Notes under the pieces: generated by a model
Told to the model about the DNA's origin: nothing
What the model saw: the letters and a program-made list of their open reading frames with translations, nothing else
The model's database searches: none
NCBI GenBank assembly: GCA_963762445.1
Contig: CAVXLA010000007.1
Location: forward strand, 72,546 to 136,545
Direction of reading: 5' to 3'
DNA from: an uncultured Chloroflexia bacterium
Lineage (GTDB): Bacteria; Chloroflexota; Limnocylindria; Limnocylindrales; CSP1-4
DNA: 64,000 bases
Position numbers and translations under genes: made by a program
Shown: positions 40,862 through 49,987 of the stretch, piece after piece
Position numbering within the stretch: position 1 is the first letter of the stretch
Layout of the letters: each line of letters starts with the position of its first letter

Positions 40862-42379
40862 ATGGGCAAGGCGAGCCGCGCGAAGCGGCCGGGGATCGGG
40901 CCCGCCGCGGTCGCGGCGCGGTCCGCGCGGCCCGCGCCGGAGGCGACGGCCGTTGCCCCGGGGGCCTCCTCCACGGGGCTCGGCGGCGCGCTCGCGGGAT
41001 GGGGCTCCGGGCTCGCCTCGATCGCGGCCACGTGCTGGCTGCTCGCGCACGTCCCCGCGCTCGCCCCGGTGGCGATTCCGGCGTGGGTCGTGACGGGCCT
41101 CGCGCTCGGCGTCCTCTCGCCGTGGCTCGGGCTGCTCCTCACGATCGCGGTGGTCCCCTTCCTCGGCGGCGCGATCGAGCCGATCGCCGGCGAGGTCCTC
41201 CGCGTCATGCCGATCTACGGCGCGGCGGCGAGGGTCCTGCTCGACCGGTTCGTGCTCGGGCCACGCCTCGGCCGTGTCGGCCCGGAGGGGCCGCCGTGGT
41301 GGGTCGTCGGGGCGGCCGTCGCGGCGACCGCGCTCTACGCGTACACCGCCCAGACGGGCTTTCTGGCCGCGGGCATGGATCCGCTCTACTTCGACTCCGC
41401 CATCCGCTGGCTGGCCGGCGGTCCGATGGCGATGATGGCCGCCTGGATCGCCGCATCCCACCTGGTTGCCGGCCGGGACACGGCGCTCACCACCGTCGTG
41501 CTGGGAGCGACGGCGGCCGGCTGTGTCCTCGCCCTGGCGGCCTGGCTGGGCGCTCCCGGCGTCGACCTCCTCACCTTCCCGGGCATCGTCAACGGCCGCC
41601 TCGCCGGGCTCGGCTACCCGACCCCGACGGCCATGGGTGTGGCGATCGCCCTGCCGTTCGCGGTCGCCGCGGCGCTCCGCTGGACGCGCTGGCTCGCCTT
41701 CGGCGTCATCGGGCTCGCGCTGGTCGTGATGATTCTCACCTGGTCGCGCGGCCCGCTGATCGCCGTCGGCATCGGGACGGTGGTGGCGGTGCTCGCCAGC
41801 GGGCGCGTCGAGCGGCGCCTCCGCATCGCCGGCCTCGCGGTCGGCGCCGTCGCGCTCCTCGCCCTCGTCGTCGTGCGCTACGGGACGAGCGTCGACGCGA
41901 TCGTCGCGGCCATCGGCGGCAGCGCCGGCAGCGACGTCGACCGGGTGAACACCTGGATCGCGGCGGTCACGATCGCGATCGGGAGCCCGCTGGTGGGTGG
42001 CGGCTGGCACAGCCTGGAGCGCGTCGGCGACTTCGCCACGCGCCAGGTCGCCTACAGCCACAACATCCTCCTCCACGGCTTCGCGGAGGGAGGCATCCCG
42101 CTGGGGATCACGAACGCGACCGTGATCCTCTACTCCGCCTGGCGGACCTGGCTCGGCCGGCACACGATGGCGCCGTACCTCATCGCGGCGGTCGTCGTCT
42201 GCCTGGTCTGCGGCTTCTGGGACATGCCGCAGGTCCGGAGCTACGCCGCGGTCATGGGCGGGATCGCGCTGGGGATGGCCGCCGGCCCGCTCATCGGGCG
42301 GTCAACCGGCGGACCGGCGCCGCGCGCGGCCGGCGCTCAGGCGCTCGGGCGCGGCGTGGAGAAGTCGGCCGCGAGGTAG
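40862..42379 (+). CDS. O-antigen ligase/polymerase-like (Wzy_C family) membrane protein
   Basis: More than 10 predicted TM segments, with LTWSRGPLIAVGIG followed by an extracytoplasmic loop ending in HNILLHGFAEGG. Start at ATG 40862. The 3' end overlaps the convergent Rieske gene by 43 bp. Confidence 0.7.
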   Translation: MGKASRAKRPGIGPAAVAARSARPAPEATAVAPGASSTGLGGALAGWGSGLASIAATCWLLAHVPALAPVAIPAWVVTGLALGVLSPWLGLLLTIAVVPFLGGAIEPIAGEVLRVMPIYGAAARVLLDRFVLGPRLGRVGPEGPPWWVVGAAVAATALYAYTAQTGFLAAGMDPLYFDSAIRWLAGGPMAMMAAWIAASHLVAGRDTALTTVVLGATAAGCVLALAAWLGAPGVDLLTFPGIVNGRLAGLGYPTPTAMGVAIALPFAVAAALRWTRWLAFGVIGLALVVMILTWSRGPLIAVGIGTVVAVLASGRVERRLRIAGLAVGAVALLALVVVRYGTSVDAIVAAIGGSAGSDVDRVNTWIAAVTIAIGSPLVGGGWHSLERVGDFATRQVAYSHNILLHGFAEGGIPLGITNATVILYSAWRTWLGRHTMAPYLIAAVVVCLVCGFWDMPQVRSYAAVMGGIALGMAAGPLIGRSTGGPAPRAAGAQALGRGVEKSAAR

Positions 42380-42861
42380 ATCTCGATGCGGCCGTCGATC
42401 TCGCGGACGCGGAACTCGTCGAGTGGGCGCGGCGGCGGCCCGGACAGGACGTTCCCGTCGAGGTCGAAGCGTGCGTCATGGCAGAGGCAGGAGAACGTCG
42501 CCTCGTCGGTCCACTCGTAGGCGCAGCGGGCGTGGGGGCAGCGAGGGTCGAAGGCGACGAGCTCGCCGGCGGGGCGGAGGACGAGCCAGGCGGAGCCGGA
42601 GATGGACGCCCCGCCGACCGTTCCCGCGAAGCGGACCGGCACCGGCGTGTCGACCACCAGCGTGCTCGGGTCGACGTCTGCCTGCAGCCAGCCGCGCGCG
42701 GCGGGCGTGGCGCCGGCGCCGCAGGCCTCGAGGAGCGCCATGCCTGCGACCGAGGAGCCGATGACGGCGAGCGCGTGCCGCCGGCTGATGGGGCGCGATG
42801 CGGCGAGCGGGCGAGGGGTGCCCGCGACGGGCGGCGCGCTCGGATCCGGCATGCCGGACAT
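42337..42861 (-). CDS. Rieske [2Fe-2S] domain protein with a Tat/lipoprotein-type signal
   Basis: SRRHALAVIGSSVAGMALLEAC (twin-Arg plus lipobox). Rieske boxes CPHARC and CLCHDARF. Confidence 0.85.
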   Translation of the reverse strand: MSGMPDPSAPPVAGTPRPLAASRPISRRHALAVIGSSVAGMALLEACGAGATPAARGWLQADVDPSTLVVDTPVPVRFAGTVGGASISGSAWLVLRPAGELVAFDPRCPHARCAYEWTDEATFSCLCHDARFDLDGNVLSGPPPRPLDEFRVREIDGRIEIYLAADFSTPRPSA

Positions 42862-42909
42862 CCTACCCTTGGTCCGTCGTGGGGTGCGAGGCAGGAGCTC
42901 GGGCCGCGC

Positions 42910-43368
42910 TCAGCCGGCGACCGGCGCGACCCTGGCGGCCGTCGGGGACGGGGCGGCGGACGGCGTGGCCGCGGGCGCCGGCCCCGGCGCCGGCGATGGA
43001 GCGGCAACCGGCGCCGGGGCGGCCCGGCGGTTCCCCAGGCAGGCGGCGATGATCCGGTCGATCAGCGAGTCGGGGTCGGGCGCGATGGCCTCGCGGCGGA
43101 TTGTCCACGCCTGCGAGGTGCTGATGCTGACGTCGACGATGGCCCGGCAGCGGCTGTCGCGGAGCAGGTCGACGAGGCCGACCGGCCCGCCCTCCTCGAG
43201 GATCACCACGTCGGCGTCGCTGGCGATCGCTCGCTCCATGGCGTCGGGATCGCCCATCGCGACTCGCTCCACCTCGAGGTCGGGCACGGACGCCATGAGG
43301 GCGCCCAGCCCCTCGCCGAGAAGCGGATGGTCGTACAGGACGAGGACCTTGACCGGGTCCGACATCAC
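42910..43368 (-). CDS. Receiver-like (pseudo-receiver?) domain protein with an Ala/Pro-rich tail
   Basis: VKVLVLYDHPLLGEGL...DADVVILEEGG resembles a CheY-like fold, but the expected phospho-acceptor Asp position reads E. No output domain. Confidence 0.45.
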   Translation of the reverse strand: MMSDPVKVLVLYDHPLLGEGLGALMASVPDLEVERVAMGDPDAMERAIASDADVVILEEGGPVGLVDLLRDSRCRAIVDVSISTSQAWTIRREAIAPDPDSLIDRIIAACLGNRRAAPAPVAAPSPAPGPAPAATPSAAPSPTAARVAPVAG

Positions 43369-43534
43369 GCCGGGTACCCCCTATCGGGCGAGCCCGGGCA
43401 GGGCTCGCTCGGCGCGATGCTACGGAGCGTGACCCGGCGTCACCATCCGCCCGTCGGCACAAATCACGGGCCGGAGCGTCTATCGAACGGCACCGCGCGC
43501 CCCGGCGTGGCGACCGCGTCGGCGCTGGGGTCGG

Positions 43535-44254
43535 CTACCCCCCCGGGCGCGGCTCTGCGGGTCGCGGCTCGGACGGGCGGGGCGGCATCCCCAGGCCTTG
43601 GGCAACCGTGTAGGCCGCCGCCTGGGTGCGGTTGGAGAGGTGGAGCTTCTCGAGGGCGTTGTGGACGTGGTTCTTGACGGTGCCCTCGGTGATCACCAGC
43701 TGGGTGGCGATCTCCTTGTTCGAGAGCCCGCCCGCCACGAGCTGGAGGATCTCCGTCTCGCGCCGGGTCAGTGACGTCTCGCCGTCGCGCGAGACCGGGG
43801 CGTGGGGCCGGGGCGGTCCCTCGCGGAGCGCGTCGAGCAGCTTGTGGGCGATCCCCGGGGCGATCGGGGCCTCGCCGCGCATGACTCCGCGCAGGTCGTC
43901 GAAGAGGACCTCGGGCCGGATGTTCTTCAGGAGGTAGCCGTTGGCGCCGGCGCGGATGGCGTCGAAAAGGTCGTCGTCCTCCTCCGAGATCGTGAGCATG
44001 ACGATCTTCGTCGCGAAGCCCGCGCCCCGGATCGCCCGCACACCATCCACCCCGCCGGCGATCGGCATGTTGACATCCATGAGCACGACATCGGGGTTGA
44101 GTGCGCGCACCCGTTCCAGGGCCTCGAGCCCGTCGTCGGCCTCGCCGACGACCGTCATGTCGAGCTGGCCGTTGACGAGCCCCGCGAGCGCCTTCCGAAA
44201 GAGCGGGTGGTCGTCAACCAGCAGGACGCGCAGGGACGGTGGCGTGTGCGGCAC
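43535..44254 (-). CDS. NarL/FixJ (LuxR-type HTH) response regulator
   Basis: AGGAGGAA RBS, then GTG 44254. Contains RVLLVDDHPLFR, DVVLMDVNMP and a C-terminal LTRRETEILQLVAGGLSNKEIA...TVKNHV. Confidence 0.9.
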   Translation of the reverse strand: MPHTPPSLRVLLVDDHPLFRKALAGLVNGQLDMTVVGEADDGLEALERVRALNPDVVLMDVNMPIAGGVDGVRAIRGAGFATKIVMLTISEEDDDLFDAIRAGANGYLLKNIRPEVLFDDLRGVMRGEAPIAPGIAHKLLDALREGPPRPHAPVSRDGETSLTRRETEILQLVAGGLSNKEIATQLVITEGTVKNHVHNALEKLHLSNRTQAAAYTVAQGLGMPPRPSEPRPAEPRPGG

Positions 44255-46082
44255 GCGGTTCCTCCTGCTGAAGCCGGACCTCGACGCGGGTCCCCCGGCC
44301 CGGCGCAGTATGCACGGCGAGCGTACCCCCAATCTGCTCCACCCGCTCGCGCATCGAGGCCAGCCCGAAGCCGTGGTCGAGCGCCTCCTCGAGGCGGCCG
44401 GGGTCGAATCCCCCGCCATCGTCCGTCACCGTCAAGGCGACCACGCCGTCCTCGGCGTTGAGGCTGACGCTCGCGTGTCGCGCGCCCGCGTGCTTGCGAA
44501 CGTTGGTGAGCGCCTCCTGGACGACGCGGAGCAGCTGGACCTCGCTCCGCGGGGTGAGCGCCCGGCGCGCGCTGCCGTTGCAGTGAAGCGTCGCCTTGAT
44601 CCCGGTCTGGCGCGAGTACTTGCGGAGGTACTCCCCCAGCGCGCCTTCCAGCCCGTCGGCCGAGGTCACCGACTCGCGCAGCCCCAGGATCGCCTCCCGG
44701 ACGTCCTTGTAGGCCTCGTCGGCGATCTCCGCGAGCTCCCCGATCTCGGTGGCCACGCCGTCGCCCGGGACGTCCTGCACCTCCGGCTCGAGACTGCGCA
44801 GGCGGAGGTGGATGACGCCCAGCACCTGGGCGATGCTGTCGTGCAGCTCGCGAGCGATCCGGTCGCGCTCGGCCACGATCGTGTACTGCTGCTCGGCCTC
44901 GCGGAGGCGCGCCGTGCCGGCGGCGATCGCGGCCATGTCGGCCAGGGCGCCCAGCAGCTCGCGATCGCGGTCGGTGTAGGGAACGCCGGCCGTCCGCATG
45001 ACGCAGAGCTCGCCCAGGAAGCCGTCCGCGCCGCGGAGCGGTCGAGCCAGCACGGCCGCGTTCGGCCCGTCGTGCTGGACGGGGCAGGCCGGGTTGTGGC
45101 GGTCTGCGGTGCCGTCGTCGGCGGGGTGGGCGAGGAGGCAGGTGCTGCCGTCGTCGGCGATCGCGAGGCGGTTGGTCCAGTCGAAGCTGTGGCCGTCCGC
45201 GCGGGGGTCGGCCAGGCAGACGACGGCCCGGTCGGCGCCCAGGAGCTCCCGGGCGTGCCTGGTGATGAGGTCGAGAAGCTCGCGCAGCTCGGCGCGACCC
45301 GTGAGCTGGAGGGCCACGGAGTACAGCGCTGTCCGCTGGTGCTCCTCGCGCCGGAGGTCCGCCAGCGAGGTTCCGAGGGTGGCCGCCGTGCCGATCGCTC
45401 CGGCGAGGTCGGCGAGGGCAGCGATCGAGATGGCCGGGTCCGCCGAAGGATGGAAGATCAGGCGCATCGTTCCGACGGTCGCCACGCGGCCGGCCAGGGG
45501 CAGGTCGACGACCGCGGCGTCCACCTCCGGTCGCTGCACGCGGGCGGTCCGCGAGGCGGAGGCGGGGGTCTCGTCCAGGATCCTGTGAGCCCACTGCATG
45601 CCGATGCTGTCGCCGAGGTCGTCCGGCCTGCGCACCTTGAGCGGCTGCCCCCCCGGCCCGCCGACGCGGATCTGGCCGGCCAGCGCGCCAGTGTGCTCGA
45701 GAACGCGGTCGAGGGCGGCGGCGAGGGTCGACTCGAGGTCGGTGCCACCCTGGAGGGCCGAGGCGACCGCGTGCGTCGCCGCGAGGTCCTGGTTCGACGC
45801 GATCAGGCGCTGCTGGGCGTGGTCGAGGACGGCGAAGATCCCGAGGCCGAACACGACCGCCGCGCCGCTCATGACGAGCGCCGAGAACACGTGGGCGGAA
45901 TCGGCCGACACCGAGGGCTCCACGACCCACCAGCGGAAGACCTCGAAGGCCCAGATGAAGGCGATCGGGAGGAGGACGCCGACCCACTTCGCGCGCGTGA
46001 GCAGGCGGACGTCGGGCTCAGGGTTCACGGGCAAACCATACCCTGCCCGGGGGTATCGATCGGCAGGGCCGATTGGCCCCAT
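44214..46082 (-). CDS. Sensor histidine kinase (2 TM, GAF domains, HisKA_3 + HATPase_c)
   Basis: ERDRIARELHDSIAQVLG (H-box, NarX/DegS type) and the C-terminal DDGGGFD...GFGLASMRERVE. The start is uncertain (ATG 46082, TTG 46037 or GTG 46028). The 3' end overlaps the regulator gene. Confidence 0.85.
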   Translation of the reverse strand: MGPIGPADRYPRAGYGLPVNPEPDVRLLTRAKWVGVLLPIAFIWAFEVFRWWVVEPSVSADSAHVFSALVMSGAAVVFGLGIFAVLDHAQQRLIASNQDLAATHAVASALQGGTDLESTLAAALDRVLEHTGALAGQIRVGGPGGQPLKVRRPDDLGDSIGMQWAHRILDETPASASRTARVQRPEVDAAVVDLPLAGRVATVGTMRLIFHPSADPAISIAALADLAGAIGTAATLGTSLADLRREEHQRTALYSVALQLTGRAELRELLDLITRHARELLGADRAVVCLADPRADGHSFDWTNRLAIADDGSTCLLAHPADDGTADRHNPACPVQHDGPNAAVLARPLRGADGFLGELCVMRTAGVPYTDRDRELLGALADMAAIAAGTARLREAEQQYTIVAERDRIARELHDSIAQVLGVIHLRLRSLEPEVQDVPGDGVATEIGELAEIADEAYKDVREAILGLRESVTSADGLEGALGEYLRKYSRQTGIKATLHCNGSARRALTPRSEVQLLRVVQEALTNVRKHAGARHASVSLNAEDGVVALTVTDDGGGFDPGRLEEALDHGFGLASMRERVEQIGGTLAVHTAPGRGTRVEVRLQQEEPRAAHATVPARPAG

Positions 46083-46221
46083 GCACATGTGCGCATTGGT
46101 CCATGCGAAGCGCTGCGGCGGGCGCCGCGGTGCGCAGGGGCACCGCAATCGATCTCGCGGGCCGGGTCTGGCGTGCCGCAGCGGCCCGACCGGGCATCCG
46201 GCGACGGCCCGTGGGGCCGCG

Positions 46222-47067
46222 TCAGCGCTCGATCGGAAGATCCAGGCGGCTGCCCCACTCGGCCCAGCCGCCGTCGTAGACCGCGACGTCGTCGTGGCCC
46301 ATGAGGGCCAGGACGAAGGCCAGCTTGGCCGCCCCGATGCCCGTGCCGTCGTAGCAGACGATCCGGCGGGCCCGCGAGACGCCGGCCGCCGCCAGCAGCT
46401 CCCGCAGCTCGTCGCCGTCGAGGAACCTGCCTGACCCCGGTGCGGTTGTCCCGCCGACGGGCAGGTTCACGGCGCCCGGGATGTGGCCGAGGCGGCGGCC
46501 GCTCCCGGCGAACCCGTGGTGCTCCGCCGGCGTGCGCGCGTCGAGGAAGAGGGCGTCCGGCGAGCCGACCAGGGCCCTGGCATCGCTGCCCGTGAGGCGG
46601 AGGCGGAGCTCGGCGCGCGGTGTGAACGCGCCACGGTGCGTCTCCGGGACCGCGTGCGAGACCGGCCGGCCCGAGGCGAGCCAGGCGCCGAACCCGCCGT
46701 CGAGGACTCGCACCGAGTCCAGCCCGCAGGCGCGGAGGCTCCACCAGGTGCGCGCGGCGTACAGGCTCGCCGTGTCGTCGTACACCACGACCGTCGTCCC
46801 GTTGCCGATTCCTGCCCCGCCCAGGGCAGCCGCGACCTGGTCGGGCGGGGCGAGCAGGAGCGTGCCCTCCGGGGCGTCGTGGTCGGTGAGCGCCTCCCGC
46901 CAGTCGAGATGAGTGGCGCCGGGGACGTGGCCGTCGTTGAAGACCCTGTGGCTCGAGCCGTCGGGGCGCCAGCGCACGTCGAGGATCCGCAGCTCCGGGC
47001 GGCCGAGGCTCTCGGCCAGCCAGTCAGGAGAGGCGAGGAGCTCGGGTCGTGCGTGGGCGCCGGACAT
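46222..47067 (-). CDS. Thiosulfate/3-mercaptopyruvate sulfurtransferase (tandem rhodanese)
   Basis: Two rhodanese domains (GHVPGATHLDW; GHIPGAVNLP), catalytic loop CYDGTGIGAA, and DGGWAEW. Confidence 0.88.
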   Translation of the reverse strand: MSGAHARPELLASPDWLAESLGRPELRILDVRWRPDGSSHRVFNDGHVPGATHLDWREALTDHDAPEGTLLLAPPDQVAAALGGAGIGNGTTVVVYDDTASLYAARTWWSLRACGLDSVRVLDGGFGAWLASGRPVSHAVPETHRGAFTPRAELRLRLTGSDARALVGSPDALFLDARTPAEHHGFAGSGRRLGHIPGAVNLPVGGTTAPGSGRFLDGDELRELLAAAGVSRARRIVCYDGTGIGAAKLAFVLALMGHDDVAVYDGGWAEWGSRLDLPIER

Positions 47068-47089
47068 CGCTCCCTATCATACGGACCCG

Positions 47090-48394
47090 ATGAGCGATTC
47101 CCGGCTCCCCGAAGGTCCTGCCGCCGCCGGTCGAGGCCGGGGAGACCACGCGGGCGCCCGTGAGGCTTCCGAGGCCGAACGGCTTGCCGTGCTGCGCGCC
47201 GGCCTTCCGGCGACCCGGGCCGGCATCTACCTCAACACGGGCTCGGCCGGCCCCCTCCCCGCCGAGGCAGCGGCGGCGATGGCCGAGATCGCCGACCGGG
47301 AGCTGGCCGTCGGCCGCGGGTCGCGGGAGGCGTTCGAGGAGCTTGTCGGTCGCCTGGACGAGGCGCGGGCCGTGGTCGCCGCGGTTCTTGGCACGGAGAT
47401 GGACCTCGTCGCGCTGACCCACTCCACCACCGAGGGGATCAACCTGGCCCTCGGGACGGTCGACTGGCGACCGGGCGACCGGGCCGTCACGACGTCGCTG
47501 GAGCACCCGGGCGTGACGGGCCCGCTGGCTCGGCTCGGCGACCGGCTCGGGGTGGAGGTCGTCGAGGCGGTGATCGGCGACGGCGACGACGACGCCCGCA
47601 CGCTCGCGGCCCTGGAGGCCGCCGTGGCCGGCGGACGGACGCGGGCGATCGTGGCCTCGCACCTGACCTGGTCGACCGGGGCGCTGCTGCCGGCGGCGGC
47701 GATCGCGGCGCTGGCGCGCCGCCGCGGGGTGGTCGCGATCCTCGACGGTGCCCAGGCGGCCGGGGCGATCCCGCTCGCGGTCGACGAGATCGGCGCCGAC
47801 TTCTACGCGGTCAGCGGCCAGAAGTGGCTGCTCGGACCGGAGGGGACGGGCGCCCTCGCGGTCCGCCGCGACGTCGCCGGTTCGGCGCTGCCGCCGGTCG
47901 GCGGCTTCCTGGCCTCGTCGCCGTACGCGGTCGGCCGGGACGCCCTCTGGCCGGACGCCCGGCGTTTCGAGACTGCCGGCCTGCACACGCCGTCGATCGT
48001 GGGCCTGGCCCGCAGCGCCGGCTGGCTGAGCATGTTCGCCGGCCTGCCGTGGGCGTACGAGCGGGCGGCGCGGCTCGCAGCCGCCGCGGCGGAGCGACTG
48101 GCGGCCACGCCCGGGGTCACGCTCGTGACGCCGCGCGCCCGGATGGGGACGCTGGTCGCGTTCCGCGTGGCCGGGTGGGAAGCGGAGGCGGTCGCCGGGG
48201 CGCTGGAGCGCCGCGTCCACGCGATCGTGCGCTCGATCCCGGGGCACGACCTCGTCCGCCTCAGCGTCGCCTTCTTCACCACGGACGACGAGCTGCGGCG
48301 GGTGCTCGACGCCATCGAGGAGATCGCGGCGCACACGCCGGAGACGCTGCCGGCGCGCCCGGCGATCGAGTTCCTGGACCAGGCTCCGGGATGA
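47090..48394 (+). CDS. Class V aminotransferase / cysteine desulfurase-like PLP enzyme
   Basis: IYLNTGSAGPLP, THSTTEGINL and FYAVSGQKWLLGPEGTGAL (PLP Lys context). Start at ATG 47090. Confidence 0.85.
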   Translation: MSDSRLPEGPAAAGRGRGDHAGAREASEAERLAVLRAGLPATRAGIYLNTGSAGPLPAEAAAAMAEIADRELAVGRGSREAFEELVGRLDEARAVVAAVLGTEMDLVALTHSTTEGINLALGTVDWRPGDRAVTTSLEHPGVTGPLARLGDRLGVEVVEAVIGDGDDDARTLAALEAAVAGGRTRAIVASHLTWSTGALLPAAAIAALARRRGVVAILDGAQAAGAIPLAVDEIGADFYAVSGQKWLLGPEGTGALAVRRDVAGSALPPVGGFLASSPYAVGRDALWPDARRFETAGLHTPSIVGLARSAGWLSMFAGLPWAYERAARLAAAAAERLAATPGVTLVTPRARMGTLVAFRVAGWEAEAVAGALERRVHAIVRSIPGHDLVRLSVAFFTTDDELRRVLDAIEEIAAHTPETLPARPAIEFLDQAPG

Positions 48395-48819
48395 CCGGCG
48401 GCCCGCGTCCCGAGTCGCCCGCCGATCGCGGTGCCGGCGTGCGCCCGCGAGGCTGGTTCGAGGTCCGCTGGCGCCAGCTGCGCCGGGCGCCGCCGCCCGT
48501 GGTCCGGGCGGTCCTGAGCAGCACGCTCGTCGCGGCGGTGCTCGGGAGCCTCTACCTCGCCTACGACCTGGCGCTCGACGCCGGCGCCGACCTGCCCGGC
48601 GGCGACCTGCGCCTCCTCGCGGGGTTCCTCTTCGTGGGGGCGGTGGCATTCCTCGGGGCCTGGCTGACGTACCTGGTCGTGCCGCAACCGGGCCGGCCCG
48701 GCGTGCGCAGCCGCTGGAGCGCGGCCCTCGGCCTCTTCGCCGCCCTGCCGATCGCCTACCTCGCCCTCGTCCTCTTCTTCCAGGTGCTGAAGCCGCTGCT
48801 CCAGGGGATCGGCGCCTGA
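48391..48819 (+). CDS. Small membrane protein (hypothetical)
   Basis: ATGA overlap with the upstream stop. Three to four hydrophobic helices (VLSSTLVAAVLGSLYLAY, LLAGFLFVGAVAFLGAWLTYLVV, LGLFAALPIAYLALVLFF). Confidence 0.5.
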   Translation: MTGGPRPESPADRGAGVRPRGWFEVRWRQLRRAPPPVVRAVLSSTLVAAVLGSLYLAYDLALDAGADLPGGDLRLLAGFLFVGAVAFLGAWLTYLVVPQPGRPGVRSRWSAALGLFAALPIAYLALVLFFQVLKPLLQGIGA

Positions 48820-49064
48820 GCTTCGGGGCCGCTTCGGCGGCCGGAGCCGCCTCGGCCGCTCTCCGCGCTCCAGGCGCCCCTGCCCGTCGCGGCCCGTCCC
48901 GGCGCTCCAGGCGCCCCGGCCCGAGCCGCATTTCGGTGCGCGGCCGCACCACAACCCGCCCCGGGGGGTCTGGTCCGCAGCGTCGGTCCCGGAGTACGCT
49001 CCCGTGGTCCTTATCCGGTCGGCGCCCGCCCTATCGCGGACCGACCTCCTCCACGCACGAAGAC

Positions 49065-49400
49065 GTGACCGTGGCCGCCAACGTCGATCCATATGTCGCG
49101 CTCCCGAAGCTGTACGGCGCGCCCTCGTACGGCCGCGCCCCGAAGGTCGCGCCCGAGACCGAGCGGCCCTTCGATCCCGACGACCTGCCCCTCGCCGTCG
49201 AGCAGACGGAGGACGAGCGCGCCATCGCCCGGACGCTCCCCGTCTTCGCGTCGTACCGCACGAGCGGGAGCTGGCAGCCGGCCCGGGAGCCTCTCCCGGC
49301 GTCCCGGGCGGAGGCGAGCCCCACGACGCGCGCGAGCGGCGGCGGCGTCCGCCGCTTCGGCCTGAGGGCCATCACCGAGCGCCTGGGCGGCCGCCGGTAG
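49065..49400 (+). CDS. Hypothetical protein
   Basis: High GC3 and a non-repetitive product (DPYVALPKLYGAPSYGRAP...). The GTG start and RBS are unclear. Confidence 0.35.
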   Translation: MTVAANVDPYVALPKLYGAPSYGRAPKVAPETERPFDPDDLPLAVEQTEDERAIARTLPVFASYRTSGSWQPAREPLPASRAEASPTTRASGGGVRRFGLRAITERLGGRR

Positions 49401-49544
49401 CGTCGCGCCCGATCCCCCCGGCGCGCGCCGCACCCTGACACCGCGTCGTCCGGCGCCGCGCCACGGGCGGCCTCGCGGGCACCGCCGGCGTGCTCCGGCC
49501 GATACCTTTGCACAAGACGTGCGCGAGCGGCACCATATCGAGGT

Positions 49545-49985
49545 ATGAGCAGCGAACGCACCCTGCGCATCGGGCAGGCGGCCGAGCTCCTTGGTGTCGG
49601 TGTCGAGACGCTCCGCCGCTGGGAGGAGGACGGCCAGCTGCGGACCGTCCGCAGCGCCGGGGGGCAACGGCTGGTGCCCCTCGCGGAGGTCAGCCGGCTC
49701 CTGGGCGAGCGGCGACAGGCCGTCGCCGAGGGGCGCGCGGCGCGGTCGCGGCCGCCTGCGCGCGAGCGCCGGATCGTGGCCCAGTCGGCGCGCAACCGCT
49801 TCCCGGGAGTGGTCACGCGCATCGACCGCGACGGCATCGTGGCCGTCGTGGAGGTGATGGCGGGCCCCCACCGCGTGGTCAGTCTCATGACTGCGGAAGC
49901 CGTCGAGGAGATGGGCCTCCACGTGGGCGACGAAGCGATCGGCGTGGTCAAGGCGACCAACGTGATCGTGGAAGTCCCCGGGTGA
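49545..49985 (+). CDS. MerR/excisionase-type HTH + TOBE (molybdate-binding Mop) regulator, ModE-like
   Basis: N-terminal LRIGQAAELLGVGVETLRRWEEDGQL. C-terminal TOBE: SARNRFPGVVTRIDRDGIVAVVEV...GDEAIGVVKATNVIV. Lies directly upstream of modAB. Confidence 0.85.
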   Translation: MSSERTLRIGQAAELLGVGVETLRRWEEDGQLRTVRSAGGQRLVPLAEVSRLLGERRQAVAEGRAARSRPPARERRIVAQSARNRFPGVVTRIDRDGIVAVVEVMAGPHRVVSLMTAEAVEEMGLHVGDEAIGVVKATNVIVEVPG

Positions 49986-49987
49986 CG

